This document shows, piece by piece, positions 1 to 9,911 of a DNA stretch of 64,000 nucleotides. How positions within the stretch are numbered: position 1 is the stretch's first letter; each line of letters begins with the position of its first letter. The notes under the pieces were generated by a model. It did not search any database and had not been told where the DNA came from. It saw nothing but the letters and a program-made list of their open reading frames with translations. This stretch comes from Treponemataceae bacterium (GTDB taxonomy: Bacteria > Spirochaetota > Spirochaetia > Treponematales > Rectinemataceae): contig CAXXHO010000003.1 in assembly GCA_963667725.2 (NCBI GenBank), positions 2,297,766-2,361,765 on the forward strand. The letters run 5' to 3'. Position numbers and translations under genes: made by a program.

Positions 1-414
1 CCCAGATTTTTCCTCGCCACCGCCGAAGCCTTCGATGACGAAATGAAAGCTAAAATCGCCCATCACAAAGCCGAGCGGCGGGAGTGTTTCGTGACGATCG
101 AGGAGCCGCTGGATATCCACGCCAGGCTTCGCGACAACATGATCCTCGACTGCATTCCGCTCTGGCTCAACAATATGTTCCATTACGGCAGGGAAGACGC
201 GATAGATGCGACGATCGACGCCCTCATTGAAGGGCTGCCCGCGAATATCGTGATCGTGACGAACGAGGTGGGCATGGGCTTCGTGCCGGCCGACTCGCTC
301 TCGCGCCGCTACGGCAATACGATAGGCAGGGTGAACGCCCGACTGGCTTCGGCCTGCGATCAGGTCATCCTCATGGTTTCAGGCATCCCCCTCGCGGTCA
401 AAAAACCGCGATGA
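1..414 (+). CDS. cobU: Adenosylcobinamide kinase / cobinamide-phosphate guanylyltransferase (5'-truncated by window)
   Basis: Frame is open from base 1 (FLATAEAFDDEM). Motifs TIEEP, LDC..LWLNN, VTNEVGMG.VP, GRVN..LA..CDQV.LMVSGIP; cobalamin context. Confidence 0.93.
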   Translation, partial: PRFFLATAEAFDDEMKAKIAHHKAERRECFVTIEEPLDIHARLRDNMILDCIPLWLNNMFHYGREDAIDATIDALIEGLPANIVIVTNEVGMGFVPADSLSRRYGNTIGRVNARLASACDQVILMVSGIPLAVKKPR

Positions 415-1103
415 AACTCTGCGTCCCTTCCTGGCAGCTGCCGGGTTCCTGGCTCTACAACGCGGAGAAGTTGGTCGATCTTTCCTGGATAGAAGGGATT
501 GAGCTGCTCTTCTTCTCTTTCGACGACGAGACGCGAAAACTCTTCGCCGCGGAGAGGGAAGCCCTCGCCAGCCTCGCTGAACGGTTTTCCTTCAGCCTCC
601 ATCTGCCTGATCCGCTGAGGCCGGCCGATCTGGATCTTGTCGAGATGACCGAGTCCTTCGTCGACAGCTACGTCTTCCATCCACGCGGAATCGACAGTTC
701 TTCGCTGGGATACGGCGAAGAACGAGACTGGGCGGCTCTGGTGCGGGAAATGCGGGCGGCCTATGGCCGGGAACGCTTCGCCATGGAGTACACGGGCGAA
801 AAGGCCTTTGAAAAATCCCTGGAACTTCTGCCCGATCTCTCCCTGTGCGCCGATACGGGATGCCTCCTCCGCGACGGGAAGCAGCCCCTTGACTGGATCA
901 GGAGCCATGCCGGCTCATTGAGGGAAATCCATCTCCACGCCGCGCGGGGGAACAAGGACCATTTCGCCCTGGGACCGGATGACGCATGGCTCCCCGACCT
1001 GGCGAAAGCAGCCGGAGAGAGCGGTTGGCGCATAGTCCTGGAGACCTTCTCCCTCGAAGAATCCAGGGCTTCCTACGATGAATTGAGGAGGTGGCTTCCA
1101 TGA
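411..1103 (+). CDS. cbiR: AP-endonuclease-2/TIM-barrel protein, probable cobamide-remodelling phosphodiesterase CbiR
   Basis: IELLFF, SLHLP, FHP, ME, CADTG, IHLH, KDH, VLETF metal-ligand pattern; ATGA-coupled between cobU and cobS. Confidence 0.65.
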   Translation: MKLCVPSWQLPGSWLYNAEKLVDLSWIEGIELLFFSFDDETRKLFAAEREALASLAERFSFSLHLPDPLRPADLDLVEMTESFVDSYVFHPRGIDSSSLGYGEERDWAALVREMRAAYGRERFAMEYTGEKAFEKSLELLPDLSLCADTGCLLRDGKQPLDWIRSHAGSLREIHLHAARGNKDHFALGPDDAWLPDLAKAAGESGWRIVLETFSLEESRASYDELRRWLP

Positions 1104-1927
1104 AAACGGACAACCCGAAAATCGGCCGCATCGGTATGGACAGGTTCCTCACCATTTTCACCCTCGTCTCCCGGATTCCCGTGAAGCGGAATTTCAAGGC
1201 CGATTTTTCGCGAGCAGATTTCTGGCTGCCCGCCGTATCGCCGCTCGTATCCCTGACGGCACTGCTCGGTTTCTGGCTTGGAATCGCCTTGTCCGGCGAT
1301 ATGTTCCTCTCGGCCATCTCGTCGATGACTTTTCAGTATTTCCTCTTCAACATTTTCCATTTCGACGGCCTCGTCGACACCGCCGACGCGATGTTGCCCG
1401 CGGCCGACAGGGAAAGGCGCCTGGAAATCCTCAAGGATCCCAGGGTCGGCACGTACGGATTCTTCTGCGGCCTCCTCGCCCTCGCCTTGCGGATAGGCGC
1501 GATCAGCCTCCTTGCCGAAGGCGGAATCATTTTTTCGGCGCTCGTCGCGGGCTTCCTTATCGCGCCGCTCGCCGGAAGACTGGCCGCCGCCCTCGTGCCC
1601 TTGGTCTCGAAGCCCGCCAGGCCGACGGGGCTGGGCGCCCTGATGAGGGATTTCTCCGCGCGGCGAATCGCCGCGGGCGGGGCGGTAGCCTTCATTCCCG
1701 CGTTGGCGTACGGGATTGGGGCAGGCAGCTGGCTCCTGCCTCTTTTCTGCCTCGTCTCGACGGCGGCGGCCGCGGCCGGAAGCGCTTTCTTCGTCTCGAG
1801 GACCTATTCCGGAAAGGTGGGCGGTTTCACGGGCGACGCGTTGGGCGCCGCCGTCGAGATAGGGGAAATTTCGGCACTCCTCCTTCTCGGCATAATGATC
1901 CGCTTGGCCGGAGGCATTGCCGCATGA
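1100..1927 (+). CDS. cobS: Adenosylcobinamide-GDP ribazoletransferase (cobalamin synthase)
   Basis: HFDGLVDTADA, RRLEILKDPRVGTYG, GGFTGDALGA motifs; multi-TM; ATG at 1100 overlaps upstream TGA. Confidence 0.95.
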   Translation: MKTDNPKIGRIGMDRFLTIFTLVSRIPVKRNFKADFSRADFWLPAVSPLVSLTALLGFWLGIALSGDMFLSAISSMTFQYFLFNIFHFDGLVDTADAMLPAADRERRLEILKDPRVGTYGFFCGLLALALRIGAISLLAEGGIIFSALVAGFLIAPLAGRLAAALVPLVSKPARPTGLGALMRDFSARRIAAGGAVAFIPALAYGIGAGSWLLPLFCLVSTAAAAAGSAFFVSRTYSGKVGGFTGDALGAAVEIGEISALLLLGIMIRLAGGIAA

Positions 1928-3069
1928 TTCTCGATCACCTGAACCATGGCGGCAACACGAGGCTCATCGCGGCCGCCTCCGGCCTTCCTGAATCGCGCAT
2001 CCTCGATTTCAGCGCGAACATCAATCCTTTCGGACCTCCCCCCTGGCTGGCCGAAGCGATGGAAGAAGGCCTGTCGCGCATAACCTTCTATCCCGATCCC
2101 GAAGCGACGAAAGCGCGCAACGCGGCGTCTCTCAGGTTTTCTTCCCCCGCCGAACGATTCCTGTTCGCCGACGGCGCCGACTCTCTCCTTTTCGCACTCC
2201 CGGGAGCGCTGAAAGCCGATGTCTGCGTCCTTCCCGTTCCGACCTATTCAGGCTACCGACGCGCCATCCGGCACGCCGGCGTTGCGGAAATCGACCTGCC
2301 CCTCCTCCCCGAGGAGGGCTTCAGGATGGACAGTCCGCGCTTTTTGGCTTCGCTGAGGGAAGCGCTCAAGGACAGCGGGCGGCTCGAAAGGGCCGGCCGC
2401 CTGCAGGGTGTCGCCACGTCGAAACGCGCGATCGTATTTCTCGGCGCCCCCAACAATCCAGCCGGCGGCATGCTACCCGCAGGCTTGATAGAAAGCCTGG
2501 CCGGAGAGTTCCCCCGCCATATTTTTGTCATCGACGAATCCTTCCTCGAACTCAGCTTGAGCGGTCAAAGCCTCATAGGGACGGAAATCGCGAACATCGT
2601 CGTCGCCAGGTCGCTGACGAAGGCCTGGGCTGTTCCAGGCGCGCGTGTAGGCTTCATCTATGCCAATCCCGAAACCTGCGCCGCCGTCAGGGCGGATATT
2701 TCGGCCTGGCCGGTTTCCTCCTTCGCCGAAGCCATCGCGACAAGAGCATTGGGCGACGCGGATTTTCTTAGGCAAACCGTGCCGGCGCTGATGGCGGAAG
2801 AAGCCGGCTTTTCGACGGCCTTGAGCGAACTGCGCGGCTTCAAGGTTTTCCGCAGCGGGGCAAATTTCCTTCTTTTGGATGCCGGCGATGACGCGCGCGG
2901 CGCCCTGATCGCGAAAAGCCTGCTCGGAATGGGCATAGCCGTCCGCCGCTTTTCCCCGGCCGAGGGCCTGAGCGAACGCTACACGCGCCTTGCCGTCAGA
3001 TCACCAAGGGAGAATCGGCGCTTCATCGAAGCCTTGAAAACCATACTGGATTCGGAGCGCCCGCGATGA
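1924..3069 (+). CDS. cobD: L-threonine-O-3-phosphate decarboxylase (PLP class I/II)
   Basis: HGGN, LDFSANINPFGPP, YPDP, PNNPAG, IDESF, RSLTK..AVPGARVG. Confidence 0.9.
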   Translation: MILDHLNHGGNTRLIAAASGLPESRILDFSANINPFGPPPWLAEAMEEGLSRITFYPDPEATKARNAASLRFSSPAERFLFADGADSLLFALPGALKADVCVLPVPTYSGYRRAIRHAGVAEIDLPLLPEEGFRMDSPRFLASLREALKDSGRLERAGRLQGVATSKRAIVFLGAPNNPAGGMLPAGLIESLAGEFPRHIFVIDESFLELSLSGQSLIGTEIANIVVARSLTKAWAVPGARVGFIYANPETCAAVRADISAWPVSSFAEAIATRALGDADFLRQTVPALMAEEAGFSTALSELRGFKVFRSGANFLLLDAGDDARGALIAKSLLGMGIAVRRFSPAEGLSERYTRLAVRSPRENRRFIEALKTILDSERPR

Positions 3070-4097
3070 CGCCTTGGTACGCGATCGTCGCGGCCCTCGC
3101 CCTCGACGGACTCATTGGCGATCCACATTATTCGTTTCACCCGGTCAGGCTCATAGGGCGCGCCGCCGGACGGCTGGAGATTTTCCTCCGGGCGAGGCTG
3201 GGCGCAGGGATCGGCGCTGGGCTGGCGGGATGGCTCATCATAGTCGGAGCCGCCTGCACGGCGGGCATCGCGCTGCCCGGCGTCGCGGCGGCGCTCGCCG
3301 CACTTGCCTGCGGCGGGTTCGGGCTCGCGCCCGAACCCGCCGCCAAAGCCGCGGCTCTCCTCACGCGGATAATCCTCATTTACACGACGATCGCTCCCCG
3401 GGACATGGCCGCCCATGCCCTGCGCGTCGCGACCGCCCTTGAGGCGCCCGGGATGGACGCGCGGAGCCGCCTGGAAGCCGGCCGCGCCGGCGTATCGAAA
3501 ATCGTCGGACGCGATGTCGCCCGCCTCGACGAGGAAGGCGTCATAAAAGCCGCCGTGGAAAGCGTCGCCGAATCCAGTATCGACGGCGTTATCGCGCCCT
3601 TGTTCTGGGCTTTGATCGCCGGCGCGCCGGGCGCCCTCGCCTATCGCGCCATCAACACCCTCGACTCCATGTGGGGCTATAAAAACCAAGACTACCTGCT
3701 TTTTGGCCGCGTGGCCGCGCGCGCCGACGATGTGGCTAACTGGCTCCCGGCCCGCCTGGGTTTCCTCTCAGGTCTCGTCGCTTGCCTCCCTCTTTCCCTG
3801 GCGTCGCCCGCCCGCTTCAATCTCAAGACCGCCCTCAGCCTCGGCTGGCGGGACAGGCGCAACCACGAAAGCCCCAACTCCGCCTGGATGGAATCCCTCA
3901 CCGCCGGCGCTCTCGGCATCAGGCTGGCCGGCCCCGCCTGGTATGAAGGACAACGCCTCGAAAAGCCTTTCCTCGGCGAAGCCCGCCGCGCCCCCGAAGT
4001 CTCCGATATCGGCCGTTCCGTCGTCATCATGTATTCGGCGACCGCGGTCTTCACGACAGCAGGCTGTCTCGCCCTGTACGCGCTCTCCCGCGCCTGA
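3066..4097 (+). CDS. cbiR_neighbor_cbiB: Adenosylcobinamide-phosphate synthase
   Basis: GDP...HPVRLIG, IVGRD, AAVESVAES..DGVIAPLFW, YRAINTLDSMWGYKN, HESPNS (CbiB family). Confidence 0.95.
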   Translation: MTPWYAIVAALALDGLIGDPHYSFHPVRLIGRAAGRLEIFLRARLGAGIGAGLAGWLIIVGAACTAGIALPGVAAALAALACGGFGLAPEPAAKAAALLTRIILIYTTIAPRDMAAHALRVATALEAPGMDARSRLEAGRAGVSKIVGRDVARLDEEGVIKAAVESVAESSIDGVIAPLFWALIAGAPGALAYRAINTLDSMWGYKNQDYLLFGRVAARADDVANWLPARLGFLSGLVACLPLSLASPARFNLKTALSLGWRDRRNHESPNSAWMESLTAGALGIRLAGPAWYEGQRLEKPFLGEARRAPEVSDIGRSVVIMYSATAVFTTAGCLALYALSRA

Positions 4098-4153
4098 CCC
4101 GATCGACCCTTAGCCCACTCGCCGCCTATTCCGCTGATACGCCCGAGAGGGAC

Positions 4154-4219
4154 TTGTCACAACGTAAATCCAGCGGTATATTCTTTTCTATACCCCACCC
4201 CTCCAGGGTAGGGTATAGA
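4154..4219 (+). promoter_or_regulatory. Sigma70 promoter plus CsoR operator
   Basis: TTGTCA(4154)-17 bp-TATATT(4177); inverted repeat TCTATACCC-c-ACCC-ctcca-GGGT-a-GGGTATAGA at 4187-4219 with the C/G tracts typical of CsoR sites. Confidence 0.85.
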
Positions 4220-4248
4220 TTCAAGCGAATAGTCCATGGAGCGAACAG

Positions 4249-4527
4249 ATGAACCATTGCAGCGCCGAAAGCCAGAAAGCGATCACCCTTCTCAAGACGG
4301 CAAGAGGACAGGTGGACGCGGCCATCAGGATGATGGAGGAAGATCGTTATTGCATCGATGTCTCCAAACAGATTCTCGCCTCCGCCGCCCTCATGAAGAA
4401 GGCGAATCTCGTCGTTCTGCGGCAGCATATCGATACCTGCGTGAAGGATGCCGTGAACAAAGACAAGGCCCAGGAAAAAATCGAGGAAATCGCCATCATC
4501 CTGGAACGCTATCTAGGCGATTCCTGA
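4249..4527 (+). CDS. csoR: Copper-sensing repressor CsoR
   Basis: ARGQV..AI.M, RYCIDV..QI, HIDTC (Cys-His-Cys Cu(I) ligands); upstream of copA. Confidence 0.92.
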   Translation: MNHCSAESQKAITLLKTARGQVDAAIRMMEEDRYCIDVSKQILASAALMKKANLVVLRQHIDTCVKDAVNKDKAQEKIEEIAIILERYLGDS

Positions 4528-4613
4528 AAGTCTGGGCGTTTCCAGAAAGCCCATGCGGTTCCTTATCATAAAGAAGCGACGCGCGCCATACCGACGCGAG
4601 GAGGATAAGCACA

Positions 4614-7097
4614 ATGATCAAAACCGAAACGCTGGAACTTCGCGGCATGACATGCTCAGCCTGCGCCGCGGCCAATGAGCGGGCGGTGCGCAAGCTGCCG
4701 GGCGTGGCCGAAGCCTCCGTGAACCTGGCCGCGGAAACGCTCAAGGTGAGGTTCGACGACGCAGAAGCCTCCCTGGAAACCATCAAGGACGCCGTCAAGA
4801 AAGCCGGGTATGAAGCGGTGGAGCGCGTCACGGCGAGGGAAGTTTCCATACCGGTGGGCGGCATGACCTGCACCGCCTGTTCGGCGGCCATCGAGCGCTC
4901 CCTGAAAAAGCTCCCCGGCATCCAGATCGCCGCCGTCAATTTCGCGACGGAAAAAGCCTCGGTGACCTACGACCCTTCCCTGGTGCGTCTCTCCGAGATC
5001 AAAGGAGCCATCAAGAAGGCAGGCTACGAGCCTTTGGCCATGGAAGCTGTATCGGCGGCGAAAATCGACGAGCACAAGGCGGCCAAGGCACGCGAAATCC
5101 GCTCGATGTGGACGAAATTCATCGTCTCCGCCGCTTTTTCCATTCCCCTTCTCTATATAGCGATGGGCCATATGCTCGGCTGGCCTCTTCCGGCGGCCCT
5201 CCATCCCATGGATTATCCCCTCCGCTTCGCCCTCATCCAGATAGCCCTGGCGATTCCGCCCATCATCGCCGGCCGCCGCTTCTACGTGGTGGGAACAAGG
5301 TCCCTTCTCCACGGCGCCCCGAACATGGATAGCCTCATCGCCATGGGGACGAGCGCGGCCATCCTCTACAGCCTCTTCTCGGTCTTCAGGATAGCCCAGG
5401 GCGATTTCGGCGCCGTGGAAGAGCTTTACTTCGAGACGGCCGGAATCATCATCACCCTCATACTCCTCGGGAAAACCCTCGAGGCGGTGAGCAAGGGCCG
5501 CACTTCGGAATCCATCAAGAAACTGATGGGACTCAAACCCAGGACGGCGACGGTGCTCCAGGACGGAAAGGAGATCGAACTGCCCATCGACGAGGTCGAG
5601 CCGGGCGATATTCTCCTCGTCCGCCCCGGCGAGCGGGTGCCGGTGGACGGCACTGTCTTGTCCGGAGCGAGCGCCGTGGACGAATCCATGCTCACCGGAG
5701 AAAGCATACCGGTCGACAAGGGCCCTGGCTCAGCCGTCACCGGCGGCACCATCAACAAGAACGGTGCCCTTACCTTCCGCGCCGAGCGTGTCGGCGCCGA
5801 CACGGCGCTTTCCCGCATCATCAAGCTGGTGGAGGACGCCCAGGGATCCAAGGCGCCCATAGCTAGGCTCGCCGACGTGATATCGGGCATTTTCGTGCCT
5901 GTCGTCTTTGGCATCGCCGTCCTGTCGGCCGGCGCCTGGCTAATCGCGGGACACTCGGCCGTCTTCGCCCTCACCATCTTCGTGGCCGTGCTCACCATCG
6001 CCTGCCCCTGCGCCCTCGGCCTCGCGACGCCCACAGCCATCATGGTGGGCACGGGAAAAGGCGCCGAACTGGGCGTCCTCATCAAGTCCGGCGAAGCCCT
6101 CGAGACCGCCGGCAAGATCCAGATCGTGGTCTTCGACAAAACGGGGACGATCACCGAAGGCAAGCCCGAACTCACCGACATCCTGCCCGTCGAGGGCGTC
6201 GCCGAGGAAAGGCTCCTCGCGCTCGCCGCCTCAGCCGAGAAAGCTTCGGAGCACCCTCTCGGCGAAGCCATCGTGCGCGTGGCCGAAAATCGCGGACTTT
6301 CGCTCCCTGTCCCTGAGAGTTTCGCGGCCCTCCCCGGCCGCGGCATTGAGGCGAAGATCGAGGGAAAGTCCTTCGTTTTCGGGAACACGCGCCTCATGGC
6401 GGAACGAGGGGTGGCGCTCGAAAAACTCAGCGCGACAGCCGGCGCCCTGGCCTCCGCGGGTAAAACGCCCATGTTCGCGGCTTTCGACGGCGCCCTCATG
6501 GGACTCATCGCCGTGGCCGACATCGTGAAGCCGCAGAGCGCGGCAGCCATCGCCCGCCTTCACGCCATGGGCATCGAAACGGCGATGATCACCGGCGATT
6601 CCCGACCGACCGCGGAAGCCATCGCCCGCGAAGTCGGCATCGATCACATCCTCGCCGAAGTTCTTCCCGGCGACAAGGCCGATGAAGTGAGGAAGCTGCA
6701 GGCCAGCGGGAAAAAAGTGGCCATGGTGGGCGATGGGATCAACGACGCTCCCGCCCTCGCCCAGGCCGATGTGGGCATCGCCATCGGCACGGGGACCGAC
6801 GTGGCCATGGAAAGCGCCGACATTGTCCTCATGCACAGCAACCTGATGGACGTGCCCACGGCTATCTCGCTTTCAAAAGGCGTGATGCGAAACATTAGGC
6901 AGAACCTCTTCTGGGCTTTCGGCTACAACGTTCTCGGCATCCCCGTCGCGGCGGGCCTGCTCTACGCCTTCGGCGGTCCCCTGCTTTCGCCCATCATCGC
7001 GGCCGCGGCCATGTCGATGAGCTCGGTTTCCGTCCTGACCAACGCGCTCAGACTTCGGCGCTTCCGGGCCGGCAAGATTCAAGCCCCGAGCACTTGA
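4614..7097 (+). CDS. copA: Cu(I)-translocating P1B-type ATPase
   Basis: Two GMTCxxC HMA domains, TGES, CPC, DKTGT, SEHP, GDGIND, YN and MSMSS motifs; RBS GAGGAGG. Confidence 0.97.
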   Translation: MIKTETLELRGMTCSACAAANERAVRKLPGVAEASVNLAAETLKVRFDDAEASLETIKDAVKKAGYEAVERVTAREVSIPVGGMTCTACSAAIERSLKKLPGIQIAAVNFATEKASVTYDPSLVRLSEIKGAIKKAGYEPLAMEAVSAAKIDEHKAAKAREIRSMWTKFIVSAAFSIPLLYIAMGHMLGWPLPAALHPMDYPLRFALIQIALAIPPIIAGRRFYVVGTRSLLHGAPNMDSLIAMGTSAAILYSLFSVFRIAQGDFGAVEELYFETAGIIITLILLGKTLEAVSKGRTSESIKKLMGLKPRTATVLQDGKEIELPIDEVEPGDILLVRPGERVPVDGTVLSGASAVDESMLTGESIPVDKGPGSAVTGGTINKNGALTFRAERVGADTALSRIIKLVEDAQGSKAPIARLADVISGIFVPVVFGIAVLSAGAWLIAGHSAVFALTIFVAVLTIACPCALGLATPTAIMVGTGKGAELGVLIKSGEALETAGKIQIVVFDKTGTITEGKPELTDILPVEGVAEERLLALAASAEKASEHPLGEAIVRVAENRGLSLPVPESFAALPGRGIEAKIEGKSFVFGNTRLMAERGVALEKLSATAGALASAGKTPMFAAFDGALMGLIAVADIVKPQSAAAIARLHAMGIETAMITGDSRPTAEAIAREVGIDHILAEVLPGDKADEVRKLQASGKKVAMVGDGINDAPALAQADVGIAIGTGTDVAMESADIVLMHSNLMDVPTAISLSKGVMRNIRQNLFWAFGYNVLGIPVAAGLLYAFGGPLLSPIIAAAAMSMSSVSVLTNALRLRRFRAGKIQAPST

Positions 7098-7191
7098 ATC
7101 GGCCCGAAAATTCCTTATATTTCAGGTAGATGGCAAGAAATGGAAGTATCTGGTTTCGGCCGGAATAAATGCGAATAAACAAGGAGAGAGT

Positions 7192-7401
7192 ATGCGAAAA
7201 TTATTGAAGATTGAAGGCATGTCCTGCGGGCATTGCGTCATGCACGTCCAGTCGGCGCTGGAAGCCGTCCCGGGCGTCAAATCGGCCAAGGTCGACCTTC
7301 TCGAACGCTCCGCCATGGTCGAAGGCGATGCGTTGAGCGATCAGGCGATGAGGGCCGCCGTAGCCGACGCCGGCTACAAAGTGGTTTCCATAATGCCCTG
7401 A
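7192..7401 (+). CDS. copZ: Copper chaperone (HMA domain)
   Basis: GMSCGHC, 69 aa, RBS AAGGAG. Confidence 0.92.
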   Translation: MRKLLKIEGMSCGHCVMHVQSALEAVPGVKSAKVDLLERSAMVEGDALSDQAMRAAVADAGYKVVSIMP

Positions 7402-7442
7402 GGGCTTCCCGTAAAAATGAACCCAGTTTATCTCCGTACATG

Positions 7443-7477
7443 AAAAGTCCGCGCCTTGCCGCGCGGACTTTTTTTTT
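7443..7477 (+). terminator. Intrinsic terminator after copZ (potentially bidirectional)
   Basis: AAAAGTCCGCGC-cttgcc-GCGCGGACTTTTTTTTT. Confidence 0.9.
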
Positions 7478-7519
7478 ATACATTTCAACGATACACAATA
7501 CAATAAGGCGATATCGATA

Positions 7520-8146
7520 ATGGCCGATCCGTACACGATTCTTGGAGTCTTGCCCGACAGCTCCGCTGAGGAAATCTCGAAAGCGTATCGCAAACTGGCA
7601 AAAAAATATCATCCCGATGTCAATCAAGGCAACCCGGAAGCGGCGAAAAAGATGAGCGAAATCAATGCCGCCTACCAACAGATCAAGAGCGGCTCTCTGT
7701 CTCCCGATCAGCCGAACGAACCCTCCGATTTCGGCTTCGACCCATTCGAGACGTTTTTCGGCGGCTTCGGTTACCGGGGAAGCGGCCAGGGGCAAGCGAC
7801 GTTTCAAATGGTGGAGAACTACATCCGCTCGGGTTATTATCCGCAAGCCCTTGCGATCTTGGACGCGATCGCCGATAAAGACGCCCGATGGTACTACTAC
7901 AGCGCGGTGGCGAATTCTGGCATCGGCAATATGACAGCGGCGCTGGAGCATGCCAGGATAGCCGCGCGGATGGAGCCGGACAATCAGGAATACCGGCGCG
8001 TGCTGGAGACGATACAGAACAGCCCATCGATGTACGGACGGAGGGAAAGCCCTGTCGGCAAACCCCTGCACATTGTACGAAACATCGCTTTCGCGATACT
8101 CATCTGGAATTTCCTGACCCTGTTTTTCGGTCGACTTTTCTTCTGA
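7520..8146 (+). CDS. Class C J-domain protein with TPR-like helices and C-terminal membrane anchor
   Basis: DPYTILGV..AYRKLAKKYHPD..EINAAY; ARWYYYSA..ALEHARIAARMEPDNQEY; hydrophobic C-terminus. Confidence 0.85.
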   Translation: MADPYTILGVLPDSSAEEISKAYRKLAKKYHPDVNQGNPEAAKKMSEINAAYQQIKSGSLSPDQPNEPSDFGFDPFETFFGGFGYRGSGQGQATFQMVENYIRSGYYPQALAILDAIADKDARWYYYSAVANSGIGNMTAALEHARIAARMEPDNQEYRRVLETIQNSPSMYGRRESPVGKPLHIVRNIAFAILIWNFLTLFFGRLFF

Positions 8147-8196
8147 ATTCGATAAAAGTCATCGCGTTCGCGGTACATCATTAAGGAGTTTTGGGG

Positions 8197-8607
8197 ATGG
8201 ATAAAATCAGGTACGCGCTGACGCGTTTCATGGCCGGAAGATATGGCGTCGACGAGCTGTACAAGGCTTCGAATGCCCTATGTCTCGTTTTGATCGTTGT
8301 CGGCGCGTTTTTCAGGTCGCCCATTTTAAGCACGGTCCTATGGCTGTTCATGCTCTGGTCGATCTTCAGGTCGTTCTCGAAAAATATCGAGAAAAGACGA
8401 CGCGAGAACGAAAAATACCTGTCTCTCACGAAGCCGGCGAGAAAGCGGCTTTCACGTCTGGAACGAAGGATCAAGAATATCCGAGCATTTCGTTTCCGCA
8501 CCTGCCCGCGCTGCAAAGCCTTTATCCAAATGCCGCGCGCGAAGGGAAAGCGTCTCATCAATTGTCCCCGCTGCCATAATGAATTCGAAACGCGCATAAT
8601 TCTATAG
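8197..8607 (+). CDS. Small membrane protein with C-terminal CxxC-CxxC zinc ribbon
   Basis: RFMAGRYGVDEL, two TM segments, CPRC..CPRC; RBS AAGGAG 8 nt before ATG 8197. Confidence 0.8.
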   Translation: MDKIRYALTRFMAGRYGVDELYKASNALCLVLIVVGAFFRSPILSTVLWLFMLWSIFRSFSKNIEKRRRENEKYLSLTKPARKRLSRLERRIKNIRAFRFRTCPRCKAFIQMPRAKGKRLINCPRCHNEFETRIIL

Positions 8608-8611
8608 CGAT

Positions 8612-8645
8612 AAAAAAGCCCGCACATATCGTGCGGGCTTTTTTT
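8612..8645. terminator. Bidirectional intrinsic terminator between convergent genes
   Basis: AAAAAAGCCCGCAC-atatc-GTGCGGGCTTTTTTT. Confidence 0.9.
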
Positions 8646-8709
8646 GCCAGGCTCTTAGTAATGCAAAGCCGGCAGGGCATGCCCCTTCAGGCTATTCGAG
8701 CCAGGCTGT

Positions 8710-9846
8710 TCAGGCGCCGGCCACTTCCGAAAGCTTCACGGCCTGAGGTTCGGCGTTTTCGCCTTCAATGCCGCGCAGCTCCTCGAGAAGTTCCTTGCCC
8801 TTCCTCGACAGGCGCGCGGGAATCTGCACGAGAACCTTGATATAGAGATCGCCCTTGCGGCCCGACGAACTCGGTACTCCCTCCTCCCTTACGCGGAGAA
8901 GTTTGCCATGCTGCGTCCCGGCCGGAATGCTCAACTTGATCTTCTTGCCGTCGAGCGTGTTGACGACGACATCGCCGCCCAAGGCCGCCGTGGTCATGTC
9001 GATCCGAACGGCGCAATAGAGATCCTGTTCGTGTCGTTCAAAAAATTCATGACTGCGGACATGAATGAATACATAGAGGTCGCCGGGGGCTCCCGCGTTG
9101 GGCCCAACGTCGCCCTGGCTGGGTATCGTCACGCGCTTGCCGTCGTCCACCCCGGGAGGGATGGTCACCTTGATTTTCTGCTTTTTCTTGGCGATACCCG
9201 ATCCGCTGCAGTCGCGGCAAGGCTTGTCGATGACGGAGCCCTCGCCGTTGCAGGTGGGGCAGGGCTGGGAGATGGAGAAGAAGCCCGAGCTTCTGCGCAC
9301 CTGTCCGGAACCCTTGCACATGCCGCAGACCTTGCGGCCCGAACCATCGGCCGAGCCTGAGCCGCCGCAGGTCTTGCAGGTATCGTCCCTGGAATAGGCG
9401 ATTTCCACGGTCGTGCCGTAGATGGCCTTTTCAAAAGGAAGCTCAATATCGTACCTGAGATTCGATCCGCGGTGAGGCCGGTCCGATCGGCGATCCCCGG
9501 CGAATCCACCGCCGGAGTTTCCGAAAATGGAACCGAAAATCGAGGAAAAATCCCCGAAGCCGCCAAAAATATCCTCAAAATCCCTAAAGATCGTGGAATC
9601 AGGCTGACCGCCGCCCATACCCTCGACGCCAGCGAATCCAAACTGGTCGTAAGCCGGCCTTTTCTGTTCGTCGCCGAGCACCTCGTAGGCTTCGGTGGCT
9701 TCCTTGAACTTTTCCTCAGCCGCCTTGTCCCCGGGGTTCTTGTCGGGATGGAATTGTATGGCTAGCTTCCTGTACGCCCTTTTGATGTCGTCCTTGGTCG
9801 CGTCTTTCTGTACTCCAAGAACCTCGTAATAATCTCGCTTCGCCAC
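8710..9846 (-). CDS. dnaJ: Molecular chaperone DnaJ
   Basis: J-domain HPD, G/F region, four CxxCxGxG repeats. Confidence 0.98.
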   Translation of the reverse strand: MAKRDYYEVLGVQKDATKDDIKRAYRKLAIQFHPDKNPGDKAAEEKFKEATEAYEVLGDEQKRPAYDQFGFAGVEGMGGGQPDSTIFRDFEDIFGGFGDFSSIFGSIFGNSGGGFAGDRRSDRPHRGSNLRYDIELPFEKAIYGTTVEIAYSRDDTCKTCGGSGSADGSGRKVCGMCKGSGQVRRSSGFFSISQPCPTCNGEGSVIDKPCRDCSGSGIAKKKQKIKVTIPPGVDDGKRVTIPSQGDVGPNAGAPGDLYVFIHVRSHEFFERHEQDLYCAVRIDMTTAALGGDVVVNTLDGKKIKLSIPAGTQHGKLLRVREEGVPSSSGRKGDLYIKVLVQIPARLSRKGKELLEELRGIEGENAEPQAVKLSEVAGA

Positions 9847-9873
9847 TTAAGCTATCCTCGACTGAAAGAGTTT

Positions 9874-9905
9874 AAAAACATGGCGCCCCCTCTCGGGGCG
9901 CCCAT
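9874..9905 (-). terminator. Hairpin plus U-tract between dnaK and dnaJ
   Basis: Minus strand ATGGGCGCCCC-gaga-GGGGGCGCCATGTTTTT. Confidence 0.65.
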
Positions 9906-9911
9906 TTATGT

